From: Antechinus flavipes
Taxonomy: Eukaryota
Assembly (NCBI RefSeq): GCF_016432865.1
Contig: NC_067401.1
Coordinates: 110,112,001 to 110,176,000 of the forward strand
Length of the DNA: 64,000 nt
Direction: 5' to 3'
Below the pieces are notes generated by a model. The model made no database searches. It was not told the DNA's origin and worked only from the letters and a program-made list of their open reading frames with translations. Shown here piece by piece: positions 36,256 through 49,715 of the stretch. The position numbers and the translations under genes were made by a program. Each line of letters starts with the position of its first letter. Position 1 is the first letter of the stretch.

Positions 36256-37146
36256 GTACGGGCGCCACTGTCCGTCCTGCGGGCCGCGGAGGCAGGAGGA
36301 GCGGCGCGCTGGGGGCCGAGCCGGGCCAGGCGCGGGCGCGCGGGGAGGGACGGAGGGGGCGGGGAGGGAAGGCTGGGGGGAGGGGAAGAAGGGGGGGCCT
36401 GTGGCACATGGTGGGGTAAGGAGGATGGGAGGCACTTGCATCCCTGCAAACTGACGGGGATGGGGTGAAGAGAGTCTTCCAGGAGTGAGCTTGGAGGCCA
36501 CCCTGACCCATGAAGGTCCGAGCAGGAGAAAAAGTGAGGGGGCTCTGCGGTCCCAGTCCCGGTCCTGGAGCTTGGAGGGGCGGGGTTGGAAGGCCAGAAG
36601 CTAGCCTTAAGCCGGGAATGGGGGAGGATGACCCTCTGCTCCAAATCTGGGGATACAGTCTTCCCTTTAAGGCCTTGATTGCCCCCACAGGATGGTGGTC
36701 ATAGGCTGGCACTATCCTGGAATGAATTTAAAGATAACATCCCCCCACCCCCACTATCTGTATTTCAAAGTGAAGACTAAAGGGGTGCCATGGGCTTGGC
36801 GTCTAAGTGAGGGAAGAAGGGTTAGATAATAGCAAGGACTTGGGGGGGAGTGTGAGATGCTGCGTTAGGGACAAAAGACCCTTTCACCCCCCTCATCTCT
36901 TGGGGTTGGACTGTGATCCATACCGTCCCTTCCAGCTCCAAATTCTACTATCAAGGAAGGACTAGCCCACCAGCACTGCATCTCAGCAGAGAGGTGTACA
37001 ACAGGACGTAGAGGTGCTAGATTGGAAGAAGGGTTTTTATTACCTGGGAACTGGAGCAAGGGAGTGAAAAGATTCTAAAGCAAAATCTGAGCCCCTTGCT
37101 GTGGGCCAGGCCACACTGACCATGGACTTTTGACCTGATGTCACAG

Positions 37147-37298
37147 TTCAAAGAGGAGATTTCCCGGAGGTTTAAGGCTCAACAAGACCAGCTTGTCCTG
37201 ATCTTCGCTGGCAAGATTCTCAAAGATGGAGACACATTAAATCAGCATGGTATCAAGGATGGGCTCACTGTCCATTTGGTGATCAAGACCCCACAGAA
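37147..37298 (+). CDS. UBQLN4: UBQLN4 exon 2 (UBL)
   Basis: [51 protein letters not shown]; 152 nt. Confidence 0.97.
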
Positions 37299-39766
37299 GT
37301 AAGTTTGGGTAACTGGCAGGAATCGCACTTTGGATGATCCTTGAAAGGCCACTAGGGTCAATATTCCTGCTTTCTTACTTATCCTAATCTAGTAGGACTT
37401 GTTCAGAGGTCAGAAGGAGATACTGTAGTCTTGATTGCCATTTTTTGGGTTTTTAAGTGCTTTAAATGTAACTTAACATCCTCTTAGTATAGCCTTAGTT
37501 CTCTGGGAAAATGGAGGCTAGTGTCTTCCTTCCTTTTAAAATCCCTCCTGAGAAGCTCAGTCCCTTATTAGCTTTCCATTTTCTTTGAAAAACATTTTGT
37601 TGATGACTTTTCTTTTCAATCTATGTTTCTTCCCAGTAATTCTGTCCTCCTCTATCCCCTACAAAATAATACTTTTCCATATAGTAAAAGTGTAGTAAAG
37701 CATAATAAACCATCATAGTGGGTATGTTTCAGCCAGATAACCTCATTCTGCTTTTATAATCCTTCACTTTCTGTCAAGGAAAGGGGACTATTTTTGACCA
37801 TTTGTCCTTTGAATAGATGGTATCAGGTAATGATAGAAAGCATTTATATAGGACTTTTAAGTTTTACAAGCCATTTTATCTCATTTGATCGTCAGTGTTG
37901 AAGATAAACAAGCTGAGAGAGGTTGTGTTGCGAGAAACTATGAAATGCTCTTGAAGCCAGATTTGAACTTAGTTTACCCCAAGTCCACTGCCTAATATTT
38001 TGATGGCTTTCATGGTTTTTCTTTTACATGTATTATCATTGAGTAAAGAATCATAATAAACTTTTGGTTCTGATCATTTTGCTCGATATTAATTAATTCA
38101 AATCTTCCAAGTTTCCTTAAATTCTTCTTATTTATCATTTGTTATGGTACAGTAAAAGTCTATTATATTCATGGTACTACTGAAAAGAACATACTGTATT
38201 TGAGTCAGAACATAGGTTCAAACCTTGTCTATTTGATCTTAAGCAAATCTTAGCTTCATCAGACCTTAATTTCCTCTTAGTATGAAAAGCGGATGCCCAT
38301 TTCTAAATATATGATTCTGTACTTTGATTGCTGGGCATCCTAGTTGCTACCTCAGAAAGTATTTTTATGAATATTTTTGTATATGTGGACCCTTTTCTTT
38401 TGTACTTGACTTTCTCGGAATATGTCAATAAATCAGTCACTAAGTTATTAAATATGTATTAAGTACCTACTATATGCAAGGCATTGCTAAGCACTGGGAT
38501 ACAAATATGAAAAAAAAAAAAAAAAAGCCCCTTCCCTCAAGGAGCTTACAGTCTAAGGGGGTAAGATAATATACAAAAGGAGGTATCTGATGCAAGAGCA
38601 TGGTAGAAATGCACTTTGAAAGAAGTGAAACTAGATGAGAAATGAACTGTTCTAAGCTGAGTTCCTTTCTTGAATGGAGATTGACTGTTCATGGTATTAC
38701 CTTTCAATCAGAAGGTCAGAGAATAGTAAAGAAATGGAGTCCCAAGACTGAAAAGATCTTGCAGGATAATGATATTTTCCCACTAATGAGCTTCTTGTAG
38801 CCTGGTGGAGAAGTCACAGATGTCCCAGAGTAGTGCAGTCAGGTGAGAAATGAGGAGGCCCAATACTGGTATTACTGAGTATGGGTATGGAGGGGTGGGG
38901 AGGAGTGGGGGGAATATATGTAAATAGTTTAGTGATTTTTTTCTAGTCCAGTTCCAAGTTGTTTTCTAGAACAGTTGCACCAGTTCGCAGTTCTACCAAT
39001 AGTTCATAAATGTGCCCATCTTCCCTCATATCTTTCAACATTTACCATTTATCCTATAGACATCTTTACTTGTGTGCTGGGTATAGGATAAAACCTCAAG
39101 AGTCTTTTAATTTGCATTTTTCTTTATTATTAATGATTTAGAGCTTTCTTTCATGTAGTTGTCAATAGTTTGCATTTTTCTCCTTATAACCTTCACTTTA
39201 ATACATTAAGAAATCTAATTCTAACCTCTCCACAGTAAGCACCGCTTATGTTAGTCCCAAAGCTTGACTGGAGATCTTTCAAAAATATAATCAAGAACAC
39301 TAGGCATTTCTCTAAGGTTTGTAGGTTTTGAAAGAAAATTAACTGAGCATGAGAACCTAGGAGAACCATTCTAAAAATATTCAGTCCCATTTTGCAACAA
39401 TCTTCCTATCTATATAGTGTAAAATGTCCTTTACTACCCCTCATTATTACAAGGATCAAATTTGCCATCTGAAAAAAAAAAATCTTTACTTTTTTTTTCT
39501 ATATAAATTTTTCTTTTGTATTTTGATAAACACTGAAGAAGCTGGAGCTGTTAAACTTTATCTCAGATAAAACTCAGAATTGATTTATTTGGTATTATGG
39601 AAACTCATTGCTTTAAATACACAATTAGTAATTAATTGTTTTATATACTTGTTTTCAGTTTTCATTTCAACAAACAACTACTGTAATTAATGTTATTAGA
39701 ATAAAATCTCTGAACTTTTTTTTTAAATCTAATTCTATATATTACATATATATATACACATACCAG

Positions 39767-39985
39767 AGAAGGTGCTATACTCTATGAGCAAAGTGGAACT
39801 GAATTAGCTCATTAAATATTTGAGATGTTCAAAATTAGAGAATCTACCCCAAATATTCATAGGGACTATTTGTGTCTGACCTGTGGCAGAGTATTCCAAG
39901 CTCATCTTGAACTGATAAACCACAATAAGACACACTGTAACTTAACTCTTAACATGGTGATGTCATTTTGGTCCTCTTTGAGAAT
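39767..39985 (+). mobile_element. RTE-type LINE 3' end
   Basis: Encodes the decayed C-terminal C2H2 YLCLTCGRVFQAHLELINHNKTH, then gtcattttggtcctctttgagaatgatggacaaccaacc tail. Confidence 0.8.
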
Positions 39986-40239
39986 GATGGACAACCAACC
40001 AATACATATACTCATATATTTATATAATACACATTAAAGTGTATACACACCTGGTGCTGTTATTATTCCCATTATACAGATGAGAAAGAAATGAGATTTA
40101 AAATTGAATGACTTCCAAGATCCCACAGTTGATAAAAGTTCTTAGGAAGATTTTGAATCTAGGTCTTTCAATCCAGGAATCTTATTTTCTCCCTAGTTGT
40201 CTATATGAATTCCTTCTGTATTTTAGACTTTTCTCTCTC

Positions 40240-40352
40240 CTTTTTTATGCAGCAATTGTGGTTAAGTGGGACTTGCCTATGGCTAGATTTGAACTCGGGT
40301 CCGCCTGGCTCTAGAGCTATTGCTGTATCCACTGGGCCATTTAGCTGCCCCT
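40240..40352 (-). mobile_element. WSINE/MAR-type SINE
   Basis: atttgaactcgggtcc...ccatttagctgcccc, antisense head. Confidence 0.7.
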
Positions 40353-41503
40353 AGACTTTTCTTTTCTAGATTTGTTGTCCCTTCTGGCCCTTTTCACTTT
40401 TCTGGGACCCTGAGAGTTGATAGAAATCAGTAAGATGTTAAAAAGAAAAAAAAATTAGTTAAATTCTCACGCATATGTTGGAGATTAGAGTAAGGAGGAA
40501 AAGATTTTCTGAGAGTGACTTCTGAGAGTGGCAAAGAGAACATGGTCTTCCCTGACAGGATAAAGATGTTGATGGTATGGGCCAAGAACAGTGAGTTTTG
40601 AGAGCTCTGAGGTGCAGTTTTGGAACTTTTGCTTACTATCTGTATGCCTGTGGGAAAAAACATCATTGACCTGTTTAAGCCTTGGTTTTCCCATCTGTAA
40701 TATGGGTATGATATATGTACCTCCCACAGGAAGTTGTGAGGGAGGAGGAAGGAGCACTTATTCTGTGGTGTAGGGGATGGAAAGCTAGGTTAAAGGCCAG
40801 CAAGCCTTAGGCTCAAGTCCTATCTCAGATACATATTGGCCACGAGACCCTGGGTAAGTCTCTTAGTGCTCTCAGCCATTCTTCAGGACTCTTATGTTAC
40901 CTAGAAATTGTGGATCAAGGCACTTAACCTCATAAAATGGGGCAGCAAGAGAACTCACCATTCAGGATTATTGTGAGGATCAAGTGATGGGATATGCTTA
41001 GCATAGTACCTGGCACATAGTTTGGTGCTTAATAAATAATTTTTTTCTAACTTGGTAGAGTGAAGTCACCATGATGTCACAATTCTAGTACCTTTCCCTA
41101 TGTGCTAAAGCACTAGGAATAGATCCGCAAAAGCAATATAATCTCTGCCCTCAAAGGTCTGTGTGACCCTGGATGAGAGATATTTTTAATGGGGAGAGAA
41201 TGCCTTCTTCCTCTTGATCTTTTTCTTTCTTCTCTTCTCCCAGGACTCAGAATGACTGAATGATTTTGCTGGGGGTCATGTAGTAGGTTGGTTGTGGGGC
41301 CAATTCTGGTACTCAAGCCCCCTGAATGCCATACTCGCCCTATGTTAGCACTGCTTTCCCATCCGAGCCTCCTTGTAAATTAGGGGTGGAGAGGGGGTGG
41401 AGTCGTTATCAACAGGATGTCTTCTAACTCTTAACATTTTATGCTTTCATAATTCTTTGATTCCTGGGTTTCTGGTTTAGGATTTTCCCTTCTCTATCCT
41501 CAG

Positions 41504-41769
41504 GGCTCAAGATCCTGCTGCTGCCGCCACCACCACCACCACCGCTGCTGCCGCTGCCGCCAACACCGCTGCTACTACTGCTGCTTCCTCTGCCCCAGAC
41601 GCTGCTTCTGCACCAGCCCCCACAACAGCTTCCCCTGCTGCCCCGGCTCAGCCGTCCACCTCAAGCAGCACTGCCCCTGATGCTGCTAGTGGAAATCGGA
41701 GGAACAGTGGAGGTGGTCCAACTCCAGGAGCTGGGGATGGGCCTTCTAGTGGTCCTGCATCCATACTCT
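41504..41769 (+). CDS. UBQLN4: UBQLN4 exon 3 (Ala/Thr/Ser-rich linker)
   Basis: AQDPAAAATTTTTAAAAAANTAATTAASSAPD...GPASIL; phases match flanking exons; 266 nt. Confidence 0.93.
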
Positions 41770-42574
41770 GTAAGCTTCTCGGGGAGAAACTTGGGAAAGG
41801 AACATTCAGATGCTTGTGTTCCATTTTGGGTTTTGTAAGGATAGAAATCCAGAGGAAGAAATGTGTTCCCTGCCCTTAAATAACTCCTGGTGTAGTGGTA
41901 TACTGAGGGAAATGTGGTATGTCCTCAGGTTGGGGGACAGGAGTTATACCATGATTATGAATGCTGGGAGAGTGGGGAGGAGATTAGTGGGGAAAGGTTG
42001 GGGTCAGTTTGGGAAAGCTTCCTGGAAGAGGGAAATATTAAGCTTCATTAGAGAAGGGAGAGTGGGTTTCATGGAAAAGGGGGGTGAAATTCAGGTGTTC
42101 CAGAATTAGCCAGAATAAGGATTCCTAAGAGATCAGTTATCAAGCATTTCTTAAGTGCTTTCTCGCTTCTAGGCACTGTGTTAAACACTACAACTACAAA
42201 GAAAAGCAAAAATAGTCTTTGTCCTCAAGGAGGATCCTGAGAGAGAATCAGGATAAAGAGAGAGAATCCTGGAGGCCTCCATTGCCAATCTAGATTTGGA
42301 CACTGGCAAAAAGGAAGCTGTGATATTTTAGAAAAGAGCAGGATGAGGAAATAGAACAGCTCTTAAGGGATTCAGGAATATGCTAAGGAGCAGTGTGATA
42401 AAGCACTCCAAGAAGACAGAGATGGGGACACAACTTGTTAAAAGGAATGGGAAGACAGAGAACAGCCATAACCAAACCTAGAAGGAATTAGTGTTATTCT
42501 GGTGGGGAAAAGGGAGGTGGGATCTATGGCAGTATGTCTATGCTCTCTTCATGACTTGGCTTCTCTTCCTGCAG

Positions 42575-42837
42575 CTGGCTTTGGAGGCATCCTAGGGCTG
42601 GGCAACCTAGGCCTTGGCTCAGCTAATTTTATGGAGCTACAACAGCAGATGCAGAGGCAGCTGATGTCTAATCCCGAGATGCTGTCCCAGATCATGGAGA
42701 ACCCTCTTGTCCAAGACATGATGTCCAATCCCGACCTGATGCGCCACATGATCATGGCCAACCCACAGATGCAGCAGCTCATGGAGAGGAACCCAGAGAT
42801 CAGCCATATGCTCAATAATCCAGAGTTAATGAGGCAG
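42575..42837 (+). CDS. UBQLN4: UBQLN4 exon 4 (STI1)
   Basis: [38 protein letters not shown]...NNPELMRQ; 263 nt. Confidence 0.97.
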
Positions 42838-43896
42838 GTATGTATGTACTTTCTGGAAGCAGTATGAGTCCATCCAATCCCTCTGTCCTTAACATTGCTG
42901 TCACTATCCCTTCTTTGACAGATGATTTCCCTTCCAATGCTGGACCCTCATTGGGAACAAAAAGAGGGAGGATTCCAACTTTAGAGAGCTTTGGGTCTAA
43001 TAGGGGAATCATACGTCCCTGGGACACATCATCACCAATATAGACACAGAAATTGCCAGTCCAGCTGGACAGACTTTTAGACATTATGATGGAAAGTGGG
43101 TTGAGGTGGAGAAGTTCAATTAAGTCCAATCTAGCAAATATTTTATTAAATGCGTACTATGTGTAAGGCACTAGAAATATGAAGACAAAATGAAAAGCAG
43201 TCTTGCCTTCAAAGAAGTTACATTTTATTTGGGAAGAGGGAAAAGAGGTACTCAGAAGAGGAAATGTGGAACACAAGAGGGTTGGGAGACTAGGTGTGGA
43301 GGGGTAGAGAGAATATCTGTCTATAATGGGGAGAGAGTTTAATTCACCTTTCCCTGATTAATGCTGAGGTTCTTGGGTTTGGGGTGGAGATCCAGAAGGT
43401 GGAATATACCTGGTCTCTGGTCCCTGGTCATATATGCTGGGAAGGTGGGAAGGAGTTGGTGGGATACTGTTGAGGTCAGTTAGAGAAGGCTACCTGGAGA
43501 GGAAACCTATCAAGCTTTCCCATCAGGAAAGCCATCAGCCACTATCCCTGATCCTCCAGGCCAAAGGTAGAAGGAAGGGGGCCACATATAACCAGCTTGA
43601 CTTTTCTTAACTGGGATTTTCTTGACAGTTCATTTTGACCTCAGGTTCCTCCCCAACCTCTGTCTCCCTTCTGCTAAGTCCCATTATGCTTTGGTCTCCC
43701 CTTTGCTCTTAAATACTATTGTTGACTTAACCAGCCTGAAGGAGGGGATCTGCTGTCATACTTCTACTGCCTCTTACTTCCCAATTTGCTATGTCCTTCC
43801 ATAAAAGGCAGGATAGGATAGGGAGCTGGGTTTGGAGGAGTTGTCTTCCCTCCTCAGTCTTCCCTGGTCCCAGCCTAACTTTCTTTCTTCTGTCAG

Positions 43897-44055
43897 ACCA
43901 TGGAACTGGCTCGAAACCCTGCCATGATGCAAGAGATGATGCGCAATCAGGATCGGGCCTTGAGCAACCTAGAGAGCATCCCAGGGGGATACAATGCCTT
44001 GCGCCGCATGTACACAGACATCCAGGAGCCCATGTTCAGTGCTGCTCGGGAACAG
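43897..44055 (+). CDS. UBQLN4: UBQLN4 exon 5
   Basis: [53 protein letters not shown]; 159 nt. Confidence 0.97.
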
Positions 44056-44543
44056 GTGGGAGCCAGTAACTTGTGGGCTGAGGGACTCCGGGACCTCAGG
44101 GTCTTAGAGGGTGGTTAAAGATCCAAGACCTTTTATATCTGAGACTCAGATGATTGAGGTGATCATCTCTTGTCATCTCTCATACCCCAAAACTCCATCA
44201 GCTGAGTGATGGTCCCAGTGAAGGTATGGTATATACCAAGCCAAAAGGTACCCACTCCATGAGAGAATATGTTAGGCAGCATCCCATGTCCCGAGTGGAT
44301 GAGATTCTATGCCAGGGCTAGAGACAGAACCTAGAGCATATAGACCCAGTGATGGTGGGTCAGCAAGAGAAATAAGATCAGAAATGTTGATACCAGTCAT
44401 AGAAACAGATGATGCTGGATTATCTATAGGCCACAATTAGCTAGTCTGTACTATTCAATAGATTTCTTTCTCCATGGGGAGGGGGAAGCTTTAGGGAAAG
44501 GTTTGTTTTCATTCCTTAATATGAAACTTTTCCCTCCTCCCAG

Positions 44544-44769
44544 TTCGGCAACAATCCCTTCTCCTCATTGTCGGGAAACTCTGACAGCTCCTCCTCCCAA
44601 CCTCTCCGGACTGAAAACCGGGAACCCCTCCCTAACCCCTGGAGCCCCTCAGCCCCCACTTCCCAGGCCCCAGGGCCCGCTGGGGAGGGCACCGGAGGCT
44701 CAGGGACCAGCCAGGTGCACCCAACAGTCTCCAACCCCTTTGGGATCAATGCAGCTAGCCTGGGGTCAG
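44544..44769 (+). CDS. UBQLN4: UBQLN4 exon 6
   Basis: [35 protein letters not shown]...GINAASLGS; 226 nt. Confidence 0.97.
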
Positions 44770-45618
44770 GTATGTTGTGGAGGTTGGGGGGTGTTTAGAG
44801 GGGTCAACAAAGCATCCCTTTTACCAGTAGCAGAACTTTGTTCACCCCTTTGCAGGATATTCACATCTAAGGTTGACTTATCAGTCTTGTGATTGAAGTC
44901 TCTGCAGGGTGGAATAGAGTCAATTAGAAAGCAACTGGTTCCCATCCCATCCTGGTTTCTTTTGATCTAATCTAACAATCCAATCCATAAAGTCTTTAGC
45001 ATCTAATGTATATAAGAAACAGTGGTAGACCCTGATGAAGCAAAAATGGAACAGAAAACCATTCCTGTCTTCAAGGATCTTGCATTCTGCTGGGGGGAAT
45101 CTAATCCAGTGGGTTTGTTTTCCTTGACTATATAAAAGGAGTTGGAAATCTCCTAGAATCATTCTAGGAGAAGGGAAACACCAATCCCCTGACATGACCC
45201 ACCCTCTCCCAGATCAGCCATTCATTAAGCACTTATTAAGCATCTATAATGTACTATATAGCGTGCCAAACACCAAAATGATAGTGGCTGTGGATCTGCC
45301 TTCAAAGAGCTTCTGTTCAGTCAGTAATTGCAGTCTTATGCAGATGGGTAGGAAGATGTGTTAACTTTACATATAGGCCTTCTTCTTTGTTCCCAGGGAG
45401 TGGAGCCTGACCAGACTCAGATCCCTGATGAATACTGATTAGTAAAATGGCAGGGAAATGTTGCTCTGAATGGGTACAGGAAGAAGGAAACCCTTCCAAG
45501 ACAATATTATCTTATTGGTGTTTTTGAGCTATGAACATAGGAATGTTATGTAAAATGAAATCCAACTTCTGATTCACATCTAAATTCTTGCTCTTTCTGT
45601 GATTTCTCCCTGTTCTAG

Positions 45619-45758
45619 GGATGTTTAATAGCCCTGAGATGCAAGGTCTTCTCCAGCAAATTTCAGAGAATCCCCAGTTAATGCAAAACATGATCTCTGC
45701 CCCATACATGCGAAGTATGATGCAGACTCTTGCCCAGAATCCCGACTTTGCTGCTCAG
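45619..45758 (+). CDS. UBQLN4: UBQLN4 exon 7
   Basis: [47 protein letters not shown]; 140 nt. Confidence 0.97.
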
Positions 45759-45928
45759 GTACTGAACTGGGGGATGTGGAGCTTTGATGGGGGAAGAGCT
45801 GATGCCTGAGCTGAAAAGGACTCAGCATCCAAGCTTGCTCTTAGGCCTCAGTTCCCAGTTCTCTTCTTGGTACTTGTATAGAACTCAAATGTCTGGGCTT
45901 CCACTTAATAGGTTTTTTCTCTCTGCAG

Positions 45929-46012
45929 ATGATGGTGAATGTCCCATTGTTTGCAGGAAACCCCCAGCTGCAGGAGCAGCTCAGGCTCCAGCTCCCTGTC
46001 TTTTTACAGCAG
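45929..46012 (+). CDS. UBQLN4: UBQLN4 exon 8
   Basis: [28 protein letters not shown]; 84 nt. Confidence 0.96.
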
Positions 46013-46186
46013 GTGAGATCCAGACTCTAGAGGAATGGGTGGTGCTTGAATCCCTGAAGAGGATGATTACTAAGGAAGGAATTCCATTTGTATGGGCAGA
46101 AGACCTAGAGGAAGGATGCATATAGATATGTTTATGTCGGGGAGGAGGAGCCTTATGTCATGGTGGGAGCAAGAGATGGCCTAGGA

Positions 46187-46340
46187 CAGTGTTGTCAAAT
46201 TCAAACAGAAAGAGATCCCTGGAATAGCATATTATCTCAGGAAACCACAAATTAATGTTGTCTGTTGTGTTGTATTTTTATTTTGTTAAAACATTTCCCA
46301 ATTACATTTTAATGTAATTAAATTCCTGGGGAGTTTTGAG
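46187..46340. mobile_element. Degenerate hAT-type MITE fragment
   Basis: cagtgttgtcaaat start; aaaccacaaattaa...aaacatttcccaattacattttaat interior. Confidence 0.45.
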
Positions 46341-46461
46341 GCAAGAAATTTAATACATAAGACATAGGGCTGCCCTGACTCATCCTCGTTCAGCTCCTTC
46401 CCTCCCTCTCTCTCTCTGAGGGGTTTGCCCCAAGCTCCTCTTTTTTTTTCCCCATCACCAG

Positions 46462-46577
46462 ATGCAGAACCCAGACTCGCTGTCCATTCTCACCAATCCC
46501 CGGGCCATGCAGGCCCTGCTACAGATTCAACAGGGGCTGCAGACGCTGCAGACGGAGGCCCCAGGGCTGGTGCCCAG
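46462..46577 (+). CDS. UBQLN4: UBQLN4 exon 9
   Basis: [39 protein letters not shown]; 116 nt. Confidence 0.96.
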
Positions 46578-47199
46578 GTGAGGCGACTGTGCAGCCTGGA
46601 GAGCCCATCTCCTCACCTTTAGATGTTAGAACTGGAGATGAAAACTTTAAGGCCATCTCCTTCCCCTTCCTGCCCCATGCACTCCATTTGGCAGATAAGG
46701 AAACTGAGGACTAGAGGAACTTGCCCAAATTCTCTTAGATTAAAGGTGGCGCTAGGAGTAGAGCCTGGTTTACAGTTTCCAGTCCAGGGCTGTTGTCCAT
46801 TCTATCTTGCCATAGTGGCAGTTAGTTATATAGAACTTTAAAGTTTACAAAGCACTTAATGAATTTCATCTCATTTTGAGCCTCACATCAACCAGGTAGT
46901 ATAGGGACTATTATCCCCATTTTGCAGATCAGAAAACTGAGGCTCAAAGACAGTAAGAGACTCACCTGAGGTCCTCTAGTCAGTTTCTGCAGCAGTACTT
47001 GAAGCATGCCTTCTTGTCCCTAAATCTACACTCTGTCATGTTCCCCTTGGCTTCTGTCTGTCTCCCCCAAACTCTTGCTTTTTCTTTGTGTCTCTTTTCC
47101 ATTTCTCTGTCCTATTTTCATTCTAGCTCCATCACTGTGTCTTTGGTGGCTCATCTCTCAGCCTTCCATGGACTGATTTCCATCTCTTCCTGCCCACAG

Positions 47200-47383
47200 C
47201 CTTGGCAACTTTGGGGCAGCCCGGATCCCACCTCCCCCTGCAGGAGGTAGCAGTGGCCCAGAGCCCTCCATCACTTCCCCATCCACGCCAGCTAGTGCCT
47301 CTCCAGGGGGAGGCACGGCCAGCCCCCAGCAGCAGCTGATGCAACAGATGATTCAGCTTTTGGCTGGAGGAGGAAATTCCCAG
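47200..47383 (+). CDS. UBQLN4: UBQLN4 exon 10
   Basis: LGNFGAARIPPPPAGG...PQQQLMQQMIQLLAGGGNSQ; 184 nt. Confidence 0.94.
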
Positions 47384-47751
47384 GTGTGTTTGCTGGGCTG
47401 GTTTTCATGTGCTTCTGTGTGTGTCGGGGCAGAGTGTAAAGGGAGTCATAGAATGTTGGCTGTGGGGCTGGAGCTTCAATGCTCTCTACCCCAGAGAAGA
47501 GGGCTTCATGAGGCTAAGGTTGGGGCCTCTGAGGCCTTTCTAGCTCTGAATCCATGAATCCAGACAATTCTTTGAGGTCCTAATAGAGGCTCCATTTAAA
47601 TGTTTGTCCCCACTGGATTCAGAAAACTTTAAGGCAATATTGAGAGATCATTACTCTGTGGGGTTGGGCACATTGTCCTCTTTTGATGGGGAGTTGAGCC
47701 CCATCCAGTCACTTTGTGTGGCCAGCAGTCCCCAAGACTATATGTCTGTAG

Positions 47752-47937
<186 letters not shown>

Positions 47938-49672
47938 TCCCTGAGACCATCCCCTCCACTACACCCCCTATTTGCATATGCACACCTAAACACTGACCTC
48001 CCCTACATCATTTGGTTCCTTTGACAGCTCCCCAATCTCTCCAAATCCATAACCTCATAACCTATGACTCTTCACTCCTGTGTCTCTGGTCTTCAAGTCT
48101 CTTCAAACAGCAAGGGGAGAGGCATTTGGGGCATGGCAACCTAACCCCATAGCTCTGTCTTGAGTCTCTTGGTTCTAATTGTACATCTTTCCTCCATTCT
48201 GCCCCGCCTGACCTTTAGCAAGAGATATTTAAGCAATTTTGACCTTTTTTTTTTTTTTTTCGGATTTCCCAACTCCATCCCTGACTGCTCCCACATTCTC
48301 CATAACCCACATTAACAGAACTGAGTCATGGAATGACTTGATTGATCTGGCTTAATATATCAGGGAATATTGGTCTGCCCCTTTGATTACGGAATCTTTT
48401 TGTTTTTATTTCTGGCCATACCCCAGCTTTCTTATGAAAGCCCTTTAATGGCACTCCCCATTAGCCCTTTTTCCTAGATCCCACCTCCCTAATGAAGGAT
48501 TGTTAAGTTTCTGTGCTTCCAAAGGAGAAAGCAGTCTGTTTAAGACTCCTCCCTCTCCCCCCTTACTGTATATACTCCTATTCTGGACACTCTTTATGGG
48601 CACAGCCCCTTTCTTGGGCTCTTCTTTGAGAGAGGAAAGGAGAAATTGTTTCCCTTTTTGGCAAAGGTGGTGGCTGACTCAGGATACAGAGATAAAGAGG
48701 GATGATCTTGCCAGATAGACATCTAGATATCAGTGCTGCAAACTTGGAGAGGGGTCTGGTGTTGGGGGCAATGAAGCTTCCTGAAGAGAGAGTGGATGTC
48801 CCACTGTTAGAACAGGTCAGAATGGGTAAAGAGTCAAACTAGAAAAAGCCAGCAGCCATAGAGGCAAATTATAATTTGCTAGATTGGGGTGAAGAGTGAA
48901 TCTTGGAGAAGGGACTTATAAATTCTAATTAGGGATTGAAATTAGAAAGGAAAGAGGGGTAATTCTCAATAATCATTATATAGTCCCTATTGACTACATA
49001 ACCCCCAAGCACAGAATGTTGATGCCCCCTTCCCTTTCACTTCCCCACCTCATTCCCGCCTCCCGGACACAAACACATTCTCCATGTGCTCAAGACCACC
49101 AGGGGCTTGTCCAGGTCTGAAGTGACCAGTGCCTTTGGCCCTGCCCTGGGAACAAGGGTTGTCCCAGGAGGAGGTGGGATTTTTTTTTCCTGTCCCTCGG
49201 GGATGTTGCAAGAGGGAGGGTCCTATGTTCTAGTTTCAGAACTATCTCCCCCAAAAGAAATGGGGGTTTGCCAGTCTGGGGGTGGGATGGGAATAGGTGG
49301 TATGCAGAAGTCTTGATGCCGAATAAGGATGAGCATGCCCCTTTGAAAAGGGGCAGGGATATCACCCAACCATCCCTTCCCTCTCCACACATACATATAT
49401 ACACATGTACATAATTACCCCAACTTTCTGAATACTGGTAAGTGCTTTGAGATCATAGGATAGAAGAGGGATGGGGGCCCTCAGCCTCTGAATCCTGAAC
49501 CTATACCTTTCTTACTTCTGTATTCATTCCCCCCAAGTTCTTCCTTTTGTCCTCTATGCCAGAAAATCCTATTTGAAGGAGGAAGTGTAACAAAGTCATT
49601 TTTTGAGCCAGGGTTGGAGACCAAGATAGTTGAGAACAGGTACCTCATCCCTACCCTGTCCTTCCAATCCCA

Positions 49673-49715
49673 TGTAAATAAATGGCGTGATCTTTGTCGT
49701 GAGGGTGTATTAGTG
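49673..49715 (+). terminator. UBQLN4: UBQLN4 polyadenylation site
   Basis: TGTA (49673) directly before AATAAA (49677-49682), followed by GU/U-rich gtgtattagtgttgtttttt. Confidence 0.75.

Larger units (their letters stand above)
35800..36420 (+). promoter_or_regulatory. UBQLN4: CpG island / UBQLN4 promoter with GC boxes
   Basis: Very high GC and CpG density; GGGGCGGGGC at about 35914. Confidence 0.8.

Noticed and set aside
35715-36712. Long Pro/Ala-rich antisense ORFs (309, 232, 171 aa) over the UBQLN4 CpG island
   Set aside because: Expected in very GC-rich DNA; low complexity and no homology I recognise
37105-37146. Pyrimidine-poor acceptor of UBQLN4 exon 2 as a possible U12 site
   Set aside because: The intron 1 donor is GTACGG, not RTATCC, and there is no TCCTTAAC branch; it is just a weak U2 acceptor
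39193-39390. 65-aa antisense ORF in UBQLN4 intron 2
   Set aside because: No splice or homology support; surrounding AT-rich DNA looks like transposon debris
39825-40037. ORF with a C2H2 zinc-finger pattern (CLTCGRVFQAHLELINHNKTH)
   Set aside because: It is the C-terminus of an RTE LINE ORF followed by the RTE tail, not a host ZNF gene
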